In this document: positions 40,185 to 52,055 of the stretch, piece after piece
Numbering within the stretch: position 1 is the first letter of the stretch
How the letters are laid out: each line of letters opens with the position of its first letter
Assembly (NCBI GenBank): GCA_047967505.1
Contig: CM106538.1
Strand: one strand, 5' to 3'
DNA: 64,000 nucleotides
Source: Dipteris shenzhenensis
Taxonomy: Eukaryota
Made by a program: the position numbers and the translations under genes
The notes under the pieces: model-generated
Told to the model about the DNA's origin: nothing
The model's input: only the letters and a program-made list of their open reading frames with translations
Databases searched by the model: none

Positions 40185-40445
40185 TACGTTGGAGCAGAGC
40201 ACAGCGCTGTAATAATAGGGTGCAGCTTTGACCTCACCCTTCTGACATCACTTGCTTTAGTTATGGTTATGAAAGATCAAGCAACCCGGTGATTATTTGT
40301 TCTTTGAGGAACATTAGATCCCAAGCTCTATTAGGAAACCCTAAAAGACTTTGTAGTGTGCAGTTAGTCATTTGTGGTGTGCTCTCTAGCTGTGCCCTCT
40401 CTCCTCATCTCCACTCATCTCCTCTCCCCTCTTCATATTTTGTCA
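40185..40445 (+). mobile_element. Solo LTR sharing its 3' part with the D LTR
   Basis: TSD ACCTC (40180-40184, 40446-40450); ends TGTCA; ~40360-40445 nearly identical to ~23027-23110. Confidence 0.8.
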
Positions 40446-40579
40446 ACCTCAACCCTAAAGAAGACTCAGAGAAGAAAGGAGATCCTCTCCAAACTCTGGA
40501 AACTTCACCATTCTTTGACCGAAGGCAATTCCAATAAAGATTACTCTTTATTTTCTTAGGAGAAGTCCCAAATGGTGGC

Positions 40580-41043
40580 ATCCCCTCGGCTTCTAAACAA
40601 TTGTCCTCAACTGAAAAGCTTCTTGATGGAACTGTAGAACTTGAGGATACTCTAAGAAGAATTCCTCATCTACCGACTTGGCATCAAGTGTCGATTAATT
40701 CTTAAACTTGACAAGGTATCTACAAATAACCTTGCCTCTGGGTTCTTTCTTCTCTGTATGATATACAATTTATTATGGTTGGAGGATCCCCTCATCTCTT
40801 CCATTTCAAGTAGCTCTTCTTGAACTGGTTCTCTGGGTTCTATAGAAGACTCACATGAAAAGCATTGTGAATCTTTCAAGGCTCGGGCTGCTCTAGTCGA
40901 AAAGCGACTTCATTTATGGCCTCACTAACTCTGAATGGTCCATAATACCTAGGAGATAACTTTGGGTATACTTCCTCTTTTCCTTCCATCTTTCTTAGTC
41001 GTGCTTTTTCAAACTTTAGTAAGACCAAGTCTCCTTGGAGATT
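40580..41043 (-). pseudogene. pol: Ty3/gypsy chromovirus integrase C-terminus plus chromodomain relic
   Basis: GDLVLLKFEKARL...YPKLSPRYYGPFRV...INEVAFRLE...KIHNAFHVSLL, then chromodomain-like CRYLVKFKN. Confidence 0.8.
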
Positions 41044-43147
41044 TGTCACGGGGACGTGATGGTAATGGTGAAGTGTCTAAACTAACTGTCACTGAATTTG
41101 GCCTAGGGGTGCCAGGCTGGGGGCACTAGTTAATATCCAAAGGGTACCTATGATTTCATGTGCAACAAGTGCAACTCCTAGTGCTATTAGAGTGGTTCCA
41201 GTTTCTAAGGTCATTGGTTTGGTTCACTGGGGTCATCCTTTAAAAATTGACCAACTAGAGATCCTATAAACTAGGGTCATTGGTTCATGGTTTGCCAACT
41301 GACCCCCCTAGGGGCATTAAAACCCCACGCCCCATATGCCATGTGTCTGTGTGTGGAGCTTGTGTGGCCTCTCTGCTTGCCTTGTGGCACCCGTGTTTCA
41401 CCTCTAGAAGCACCTAGAAGGCCTTGGAGCCTCTCCCTTGCCTTCCTTGCTGTTCTGGGCCTTCTCCCCTACCAGAGGTCACTCATTTTGAAGATGGCAG
41501 ATTTTTGCAGCTCTCCTCTTGCTGGCTGAAGTGGATTTTGAAGCTTTCTTCACGACAATTCTCCTCCCCTTGGTGTTTCCGACTGCTGGCATGCTCCTTG
41601 GACCTAGACGCCTTCATGATGGGCCTTTTCTGAAGGTTTTCTTGACTTTCTTCATGACAAAAGTCCTCCTTTCCTACATCTGAGGCCATAATCTTGGGCA
41701 CCTCACTCCTAGCTCCTGTCTGGTGCAAGGTGCACTAAGATCTGAGGTGTTTGTGGGTTGAAAACTCCATTCTGGTGGATGCAATCATGGTGGATTTGCT
41801 ACAGCTTGCTGGACACTCTTTCTTTTGACCTTTGTTGGTGCTGGAAGTCAGTCAAGAGCAGCTCCCTCCTTACCAAAGTCTGCTGTCTGCTGTTCAACCA
41901 TCTTCTGGGGCTGTTTCGAGCTGAAACAGGCTCCGTTTGTTGGCCAAATTCTTGTCTTCTCCTTCTTCTCTGTGCTACTGTCATTCTTGCTGAGTTTCTG
42001 CGAGGTTGGATGCCCTGCCTGTTGGCCCAGGAGAGGATTGGGGCACTGGTTGTGATACTCTCTTCCTGAGGGTGCAGAGGCAAGCCTTGGGCTCAATAAT
42101 GGCTTTGATTTATGTGGATGCATTACTTGGCAGGTTGTCAGGTTGTTCTACGTGTGTTGTGCATGGCTACTGAGGGGAACCAAGAGAATAGCACTGGGAG
42201 TTGGTCACGGGCACAACCACGGGTTGGCATTGTATTGGGTTGCACCTGCGGGTGAGCTCTTGAAGGGAGTCCCTTGTATTTGAGCTAACCAGCAATCAAA
42301 TAAATACCGCAAGGGGTGCCAAGTGTTGGGGCCAACAGGTGTCACTACGCATGCTTTTGAGTAGGGGCATTCTAGCCTCCCTTGTTTTGAATGATTCAGT
42401 GATGCTATGCTGTGAAGTTATATGCTCTAATTATTGTTTTTGGGCAATGGCAATGGTAGATGTTGCCTGTATTTCAGAGTTGTGAGATACTAGTGTCAGT
42501 TATACTGCCCTTTGTCAGCCAAAGGCCAATTATAGTGGTTCTGTCACCGGGACACTCATTAAATCATTGAGAGGAGTCCTTGGGCAGCTTGGATAGAGAA
42601 AGCATTTGATGATTGTTTTCTTGGTACAGCCACCCATTGTCTTGGATATGGAGCATATAAGGCTTGATTATGATGCAAACTCAAAGTCTGAGCCAGAGCA
42701 ACAGATAAGGGGAGCACACCCTGGAATAAGAGAGCAAGATGCAGCCCATGAAGGGCAGAATACTCAGGTTGATGCATTGGGGCAGCCAGCTCCACAAGTG
42801 CATAACCCTGTTGGTACAGTTGCATTGGGTGCAGACCCAAGTGTACAGCCAAATGCTATGGTAGTGATGCAAACTCAGATGGCTTCTGTGTTGCAAGTTT
42901 TAACTCAGAGCTTTGTTGAGATTGTACATAATCCAGCTTTAATGCGGAGGGCAGAGGCACAACCCATCCAGGATCCACAAATGCATGAGGGACAGCCACA
43001 GACACCAGTAGTACAACCACTTGCAATGCCATAGAGGCAAGGACCAAATGGGAATGAGCATGGTAGCAATGCTCAGAATGTGCAGCAAGGGCAGCAAGCC
43101 CAACCACAGTATGTGGTTCAGCCAACTCACATTGAAGGAGGATCTAT

Positions 43148-43379
43148 ATTTCAGGCCATGACCTCACAGCCAGCCCCAAATTCTTTGTATGTTAATGTGG
43201 GGATACAACTTGGAATGCAGGGAGGCAGTCCCATGGTGTCTCACACTCAACCTTTTTGCAGCAATTTCAGGCCATGACCTCACAGCCAGCCCCAAATTCT
43301 TTGTATGTTAATGTGGGGATACAACTTGGAACGCAGGGAGGCAGTCCCATGGTGTCTCACACTCAACCTTTTTGCAGCT
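43148..43379 (+). repeat. 116-bp tandem duplication in gypsy gag
   Basis: ATTTCAGGCCATGACC...TTTTGCAGC starts at 43148 and 43264; nearly identical. Confidence 0.9.
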
Positions 43380-45404
43380 ATTTGACTTGGCTTTTGTTGG
43401 AGGTTACTTCGAAGAGTCCACGAAAATCAGAAGGCAGCCACATTCCTCAAACGTAATGTGATGCAATGGTGGTCTAGTCTTCTTCTTCAAAGGCAGACAC
43501 TTGCTACATGGGTTGATTTCAAGAAGGTATTCTCAGCCACATGGCTCACCACTACACTTGAAGTGGATGTCATGACTCAGTGGCATAACTTGAATGCTAG
43601 GGAATGCAAGAATCTAGAAGACTACAACAAGAAGTTTTGGGATGCACTTCTGCCTATGAGCTCCTACTAGAAAGTCCCTTTTCAGAGCAGGTTGAAAAGT
43701 ATTGTTGTGGTCTTCCTAAAGAGCTAAGGGACTACTATACAAAGACACACATTTCCAGCATGTCACAGTTGATAGAGAATGCAAACACAGCTTACTCACT
43801 CATGCAAGGTAGAGTCTCAAGCTTCAAAAGCAACTTCAAGGAGGAGCCAAAGAAAACACAGCAAGCTGGAAAAGTACCTTTCAAATCAAAGTTTGTGGCA
43901 AGTCAAAGAAGAAAACAGCAGCCCTCTTCTCTTACCTCTGAAGAGAGGAATAAATTGTTTGCTGAAGGGAAGTGTTTACTCTACAAAGAGATTGGTCATA
44001 GGGCAGCAGATTGTGCTAACAAGAAGAGAAAAGAACTTGCAGCAACTCGGGCTGAGTCTAATCAAGGCACCAAAGAGGACCCCAGAGGCAAAGAAACCCA
44101 AGCCAAGTGCTGGCCACATTCCTGATATCATTGGGGGTGAGCATGATGAGAAGAAGACAAAGATGTGCAGAGTATGGGGCAAGCTACGGGATCAACATTG
44201 TTTGTACTTCTTTGACTCACAGGCCAAAGCAAATTTTATCACTCATGAACTTGCATCTCAATTGGGTCTTCGACCAGAGGAGATTGGCCCTCTTTGTGAG
44301 GCCAACATGGCTAATCCGGAGCTCAGTACCCCTGTCACTCCTATCATAGGGAAGCTACGGATTCACGTTCAAGGCTATGTGGATTATGAGGATTATTATG
44401 TGATGCCTTTACCTGAGTGTGATGTTTTCCTGGGGATGTCTTGAATGTACCATGTTCATGCTATCATTGATACACATGATAAGAAGCTTACCTTGACTTA
44501 TAGGGGTAAAACCCAAGTCATAGATGTAAACATGAAAGGGGAATCAATCCCAATTGTATCCGCTTCGGCGATTTCTTCCATGATGAAAAAGCATCTTTCA
44601 GCGTATTGGATATTTGTAAAAGAAAAGAAACCAGTAGAGGATGAATCTAATTTCTCCAAGCTGGAAAAACAGCAAACTGAGTTTTTATTTCAGTTTCAAG
44701 ATTGTTTCTCAAATGAACTCCCAGAGGAGTTACCTCCTAAGAGGCCAGAAGATCATACCATTGACGTCATTCCTAGCAGCTCTCCACCAAATCAACCACC
44801 ATACAAGGTGAGTGCGGCACAGCAAGAGGAGATCATGTGTCAGGTGAATGAATTGCTACAGAAGGGGCTGATTCAGCCAAGCTTTTCTCCATATTGTTCT
44901 CCCGTCCTACTTGTGCAGAAGAAGGATGGATCTCGGAGAATGTGTATTCACTACAGGGCTTTGAATAAGATCTCTATCAAGAATCGATTTCCTATTCCAC
45001 GCATTGATGACATCTTGGATCGATTAGAGGGATCAGCCATCTTCAGTCGCATTGACTTGAAGAGTGGTTACCATCAGATACGAATCAGGCCCAAAGATGT
45101 ACACAAGACTGCCTTCAAGACTACTTTTGGGCTCTATGAGTTTCTTGTCATGCCATTTGGTCTAACTAATGCTCCTGCTACCTTCAATCGCAAGATGGAT
45201 AGCATTTTCAAAGAGCACACAAAGTTTATGGGTACATTCTTTGATGACATTATTGTGCACTCGAAAGATGAAGAGGAGCATAGGTAACACTTGGCAGTTG
45301 TATTTGCAGAGCTCAAGAAACACTAGTTACTAAAAAGAGTGAGTTCTTCATGCCAGAGATCCATTTCTTGGAACACATCATCTCACGGGATGGAGTAAGG
45401 ATGG

Positions 45405-48400
45405 TGTTAGAATTATAGATATAATTCAGCAGTGACCAATGTAATTTAATAAGCTAGTTAGGGGCACTTTTCCCTCTTTAAGAGGTTTTTCCCCCTAACT
45501 GCAGTTATTTCACTAACAATGGTTAGTGACTACTAAGGTTTTGTCACTAGGACAAAACCTTATCTCTCACTCTTTCAGTTGTACTCTCACACTCTTTTAT
45601 TGCAACTAAGCTTTCAAGCTTTCAGCTCTCAGCTCACTCTCTCTTGCTCTCTCTCTCTCCCCAATACTCACATTTGGTATCAGAGCAAGTTCAAGAGCTC
45701 CGTGCTCCCTGCTCCCTTAAGCTCTTGCTCTCTGCCTCTAGCTCCAGCCCAACATCTCCCTGCTCCAATCGCTCGCTGTCCGTACTGATCTGCAGTACCT
45801 ATGCTGTCCAAACTAATCGTGATCGTCCGTACCTACGCTTCCTTCCTTGACGCTCCGTACGTTCGCCGTACATCTTCTCTATTGCACGCCGTACAACAGT
45901 CGATGTCTGTACTGCAGCGCCGTACCAACCTTACTTGCATCAACGCCGTACCAGTCGTACATGCCATAAGGTCGCCGTACGTACATACGCGTACCAACCG
46001 TACATGGTTCTGTACATTGTCCATTCCTGCTTCCGTACATCGTCCTACATGTTTCCGTACAGGTCGTCATACATCTCTGCACCGTACATCCGTACTTTGC
46101 CGTACAGCCTCACCAAGCTCAGTTCGTACACCTCGGATACTTGCGCTGAGTTGTCCATACAGATTCCGTACATCAGTACTATTTGCTTGCAGCCCATCCG
46201 TACAGGCACTCTTCAAGATTGGTCATTTGGTAGGTACACTTTGCTTGTTTGGCAGAGCAATCTTTGGACAGATTTGAGCACAATCTGTGAATTGGGCAAT
46301 TTGTTAGATTTGGGGCTTTTGTCCATTTTTTGACACACATTGCAAGCATATTGCAAAGATTGGCCAAGAAATTGGGGCTTTTGCAGGAGAATAGCTATTT
46401 GGGTGAAATCTGACTCAATTTCAAGCTCGAAATTTGAGGCTTTCAATTTTGCAATACAATTTCTTGAAATATTTTGGGGATTTTGTAATTACACTGCAAT
46501 TTCGCAGTGAAATTTCAGGCTTTTGCAAACAGAGTGAAATTCTTGCAACATTTGGGACTTTTGATCAATTTGCCCCTTTCTGGTTGCAATTTCGGGCCTA
46601 TTTTGGAGCTTTTGTGTTGGGAGAGCAATTTTGGAGATTTCAATTCATACTGTCTTTCTTGAAGTGTTTTACAGCACTGTTCGCAGATTCTGGAGAGTTT
46701 TTGATGCTTGGACAGATTTCTGACAGTGCAAGTGCAGAAATCTGAGTTGCATTTACAGCCAGTGCTTGGCTATGTTTTTTGGCAGTTGTGCATTTCATTC
46801 CAAGTAAGGAAATTCCGTCTTGTATCTGCTAAAATCTCTTTCTCGGATATGGCCCAGCAAAATCAGAATGATTTCCAGTTCGGTGGTCTTTCATAGGAAG
46901 ACAAGTTGGATGGTACCAACTACTCCCTCTCGAGTTTTATGGTACGCAATATTCTGATTTCTCGCAATTTATGGGATTATGTGAATGGGGGTAAGATCCG
47001 ACCAGCAGGTATGGCACCTAATACCCCTCCTCAGCAAGGAGGTGGAAGAGGTCGTGCACAGGGTGCAGTTACAGAACTAGTTGTTGATGCAGCTATAGCC
47101 ACTACTCAGAGTAGAAGAGATGGAATTCACGCGATGCCTTAGCTTTGTCATGCATCTCTCTTTCAGTGAAAAGATTTATCATTCCGCATATCCGGTCGTG
47201 TAAGACCTCGAAGGCAGCGTGGGATATTTTAGAAAGCATGTATGCAGCCCGGAATGATGCAAGGGTATCTTTCTTGAAAGGAGAGTTAAGTAATACACAT
47301 ATGGAAGAGGGTGACTCCATGTCACTCCACCTCACAAAGCTACACGATCTCAAAGAGCAATTATTGAACATAGATGAGATTATTCCTGATTCAGAGATGA
47401 TTACTACCACTCTAAATTCCCTTTTTGAGTCTTATCTCAACTTTCATACCTCGCTGAACTTATCATTGAGGGGGGGTGCAAATCCTCTCACTTTTCATGA
47501 GTTGATAGGACTTCTTCTTCAAGAAGAGCAAACCTGGAAAAACTTGGCTTCATGTGCAGGTGAACAAGCTATGCTCTCAAAGTTCAAGTCAAAAACAAAG
47601 GGATAGGCAAAGACATCAGTAAATCAGCCTTCCAGTGCGTCAGGACAGCCTTCACAAAAGGCTAAAAATGATGCAAGTAAGCCCAAGAAGAAGGGTTTTT
47701 GTCATTACTGCAAAAAGCCAAGTCATCACATTGCAGAATGTAGGAAAAGGCTTGCAAAAGAGAAGAAAAACAGCTCCGGTATGGCTGTTTCAGATTCAGC
47801 TCCTCATGCATCTGACAGTGGGGATGCTGCAGCCAACTTTGTTGGACAAGATTATGCCTTTTTATCCTGCATTTCAGATTCTAGGCTGGCTGCTGCAGAT
47901 GCTCAGGATAGTACAACCACTTGTAATGATGATACATATGCATTTTTGACTTGCATTTATGACTCTTCTACGGATGCATCTGCTTTCAGTGTCAATGAAA
48001 CACTGAATACTTGGTATTTTGACAGCGGTGCATCCAAGCATATCACTTCTAGGAAGTGTCTCTTTACTTCCTTGCATCCACCTCCCGTTGGTAAGAAAGT
48101 CACTTGTGCCAATAACTCGTCATATTCAATACGTGGCACAGGAGAAGTTGAGCTTACTGCCATTGATGCCTCAGTTTTCAGACTTTCAGATGTCTTATAT
48201 GTGCCTGGTATCACCAAGAATCTTCTTTCAGTGTCCACTCTTAACAGGGCTGGATTTCAGGTCATCTTTGAGGATGACAAATGTGCTGTCCGAGACAGGG
48301 AAAATGATTATGCCTTGAGATTATCTAGTACTCTGCTGTGTGGGCTTTTTCAGCTTGATCTTTTTGAGAAAAGAGCAACCCATGCTCTTGCAGTTTCTAC

Positions 48401-51400
48401 TCCTATTGCTGCCATGCAGAATGCAGAATTATGGCATGCCCGATATGGCCACATGCATTACAACAGCTTGATGACACTTCAGAAGCACTCTATGGTTGAT
48501 GCATTGCCACCTCTTGAGATACCTCCTCCACATGCCTGTGAAGGGTGCATTTTAGGCAAGATGCATAGATTCCCTTCAAAAAGGATGGTTCAGTTAAAGC
48601 TGTATGCAAATTACAGCTTATACACAGTGATGTCTGTGGTCCCATGAGGACTCCATCATTGGGTGGTCATCTCTACTTAGTTACTTTTATTGATAATTAC
48701 TCCAATTTCACTTGGGTCTTTGGGCTGAAGCGCAAATAAGAAGTGTTTATGCTGTTTAAACACTTTTCAGCCATGGTTGAAAATGAAACCGGATTCAAGA
48801 TACAGACATTGCGCACAGATAGAGGTGGGGAATACTTGTCTACAGATTTTGATGCTTTTCTGAAAGGCAAGGGTATTGTGCATCAGCTCACAGTGAGGCT
48901 GACCCCTCAGCAAAATAGCAAAGCTAAGAGGAAAAATAGAACTCTTATGGAGATGGACATATGTATGCTCAAAAGCAAACACATGCCTCACAAATTCTGG
49001 CTTGAAGGTCTAATGTGTGCCAACTACATTTTAAATCGGGCTCCCACTAAGGCTTTGAAAACAAAAACTCCCTATGAGGTCTAGAATGGGAGAAAGCCTT
49101 CAGTGGATCATTTCCGAGTCTTTGGATGCCTTGCATATGCTCATGTGCCAGTTGAATTTAGACACAAGTTGTCAGATAAAAAATTAAGTGCATATTTATT
49201 GGGTACCGTCTCTACAATCCTGCTACACGCAAGATCATTGTCAGTAGAGATATGATATTTGCAGAAAATTCAGCCCACACTCAGGCTGAATTTCATATTC
49301 CTTCTTCTTCAGAGGATGTTTTTGAGGGGTTACTACCCATTGCTTTGGGTTCCCCCGCTGATATTTCTGATGCAAATCAGAATTTACAGCCACCTCCCGA
49401 TGCTCCAGTTCAGCCACAAGATGTCTTGCCACCTCCACAGGCAGTGGAACAGGTGGTTCAGTAAGAAATTGCAGACATACATGCAGCAAAAACAGTCCCA
49501 AACTGGCTGTTACAGACTCTCAGAGAGACTAAGATTGATGCTCCATTACCTGGCAGGACTCGCAGTGCAAAAGGCACATGGAAGGTGCTAATTCAGTGGA
49601 ATCAACATATGCAGGTAACTCTTCTAGATGAGGACGAGACTGCAACATTCGAAGAACCAAAGGACAATGTGCATTGGATGAATGCCATGCACAATGAGTT
49701 GCAGTCCATTAAGAAAAATCAGACTTGGGATGTCGTCGACTTGCCACCAGGTAAACATGCCATTGGTACACGATGGGTTTTCAAGGTGAAACAGAAGCCA
49801 GATGGCTCCATTGACACATACAAGGCAAGCCTGGTTGCTAAAGGCTATGCTCAGAAAGAGGGCATAGATTATGAGGAGACATTTGCTCCTACATCCCGGA
49901 TGACCACCATCCGATCTGTTATTGCAATGGCTGCACATTTTGAGTGGAATGTTCATCAGTTGGACATAAAAACAGCCTTCTTAAATGGAGACTTGCTGGA
50001 AGAGGTTTATGTCAAACAACCTCCCGGCTTTGAAATTACAGCAAATGCACTTCAGGTATGCAAGCTAAACAAAGCTTTGTATGGGCTGAAACAAGCCCCT
50101 CGTGCATGGTATGCCAAGATTCATGCCTTTTTGACCAGCAAGGGGCTGCACAATAGTCCTACTAAGAGCACCCTCTACATCAAGATGGATGGGGGGGAAA
50201 TTTTAGTCATCCTTCTTTATGTCGATGACTTACTGCTCACAAGGTCCAATGAAGATAATATTACAGATTTCAAAGCTGATTTGCAGACCACCTTTGACAT
50301 GTCAGATTTGGGGCTGCTTCACTTTTATTTGGGGATCCAGTTCTCTCAAGAGAGACGTGGCACTATTATGTCTCAGTCCAAGTATGTGCAGAGATGCTTA
50401 GACAGATTTAACATGCATGATTGTAAGCCCATAGCCACTCCCATGGAGCCAGGGCTGAAACTCACAATGCATGATGCAGGAGAATCAGTTGATGCCACAT
50501 CTTACAGTCAGGTTGTTGGATGCTTCATATATCTCTGCAACACTAGACCTGATATTCAGTTTGGAGTATCTCAGGTAAGCAAGTATATGCACAGCCCAAA
50601 AACTATGCATTGGCAAGCAATTAAGCGCATCCGTTATTTGCAAGGCACGAAGTCTTTTGGCTTGTTATTTCCCAAGGGGGGTGACTTGCAGATGCATGCC
50701 TACAGTGATTCAGATTGGGCTGGTGATTATGACGCTAGGCAGTCCACTAGTGGCAATTGTTTCTTTTTGGGTAAATCTTGCATTTCCTAGCTGAGCAAGA
50801 AACAATCTACAGTGGCTACCTCATCATGTGAAGCTGAGTACAAGGCAGCTGTCACAACAACAATTGAATGTGTCTGGCTGCGACGTCTATTTGCTGATCT
50901 TCCTCTGTCATTGGAGGGTCCTTCTCCAATTCTCACTGATAGTCAGAGTGCCATTGCAGTGGCAAAGAATCCAGTGTTTCATGCTCGCACGAAGCACATT
51001 GAGGTTCACTATCACTACATAAGAGAGAAGTTGCATGCAGGAGAGATCAGTATGGTCTTTGTGTCCACACATGACAACGTTGCAGATATTTTCACCAAAG
51101 CACTACCACGTGAAAAGTTTGAGGCATTTCGCAGTGCCCTGAACTTATATCCGTTTGGTGATTGATCAGCCTTGTACATGACATTGGCACTGCAGGGGGG
51201 TGTTAGAATTATAGATATAATTCAGCAGTGACCAATGTAATTTAATAAGCTAGTTAGGGGTACTTTTCCCTCTTTAAGAGGTTTTTCCCCCTAACTGCAG
51301 TTAGTTCACTAACAATGGTTAGTGACTACTAAGGTTTTGTCACTAGGAGAAAACCTTATCTCTCACTCCTTCAGTTGTACTCTCACACTGTTCTATTGCA

Positions 51401-51466
51401 ACTAAGCTTTCAAGCTTTCAGCTCTCAGCTCACTCTCTCTTGCTCTCTCTCTCCCCAATACTCACA
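45405..51466 (+). mobile_element. Structurally complete Ty1/copia element E
   Basis: TSD GATGG (45400-45404, 51467-51471); LTRs 45405-45672 and 51201-51466 (about 6 substitutions and a 2-bp indel by eye); PBS 45675-45686; PPT 51194-51200. Confidence 0.97.
46848..51165 (+). pseudogene. gag-pol: Decayed gag-pol of E
   Basis: DGTNYSL, WYFDSGASKH, LWHARYGH, LRTDRGGEY, QLDIKTAFLNG, LYVDDLL, YSDSDWAG, HARTKHIEVHYHY; several stops and frameshifts. Confidence 0.92.
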
Positions 51467-52055
51467 GATGGACCCTGCCAAGATAGAGGCAATCAAGAAT
51501 AGGCCTCCATTGAAGAACCTACATGAAGTCCGTAGTTTTCTTGGCTTGTGTTCATACTACAAGCGCTTCATACGCTATTTTACTGAGATAGCTTCACCTT
51601 TACATGCCTTGCAGAAGAAGGCAGTGCCTTTCCGTTGGGGGAAGAAAGAAATTGCAGCATTCAATGAGCTGAGAGAAAAGCTATGCTCTGATCCTGTTAT
51701 CATTTTGTCAAACTTGCGAAAGCCTTTTGTTCTTCACTACGATGCAAGCGGCAACAGTGTTGGTGGAGTACTTATGCAAGAAGGCAAAGTGGTTGCATAT
51801 GAAAGCAGGCTCCTCTGAGATGCTGAACACAACATGAATGTGTATGAGCAAGAATTGGTAGCTGTAATACATGCTCTTACTGTGTGGAAGCACTATCTTT
51901 TAGGTACTGATTTTTATGTGCAAACTGATCATCAATCGCTGCGATACTTTCTCACTCAGAGAAAGTTGTGAGAGAAGCACATGAGATGGGCAAACTTCCT
52001 TTCCATTTTTCATTTTCAGATTGTTCATGTGGCTGGAAAGAAAAATGTAGTGGCT

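Noticed and set aside
41287-42123. Overlapping short ORFs as genes
   Set aside because: They lie in the probable gypsy LTR and show no recognisable domain.
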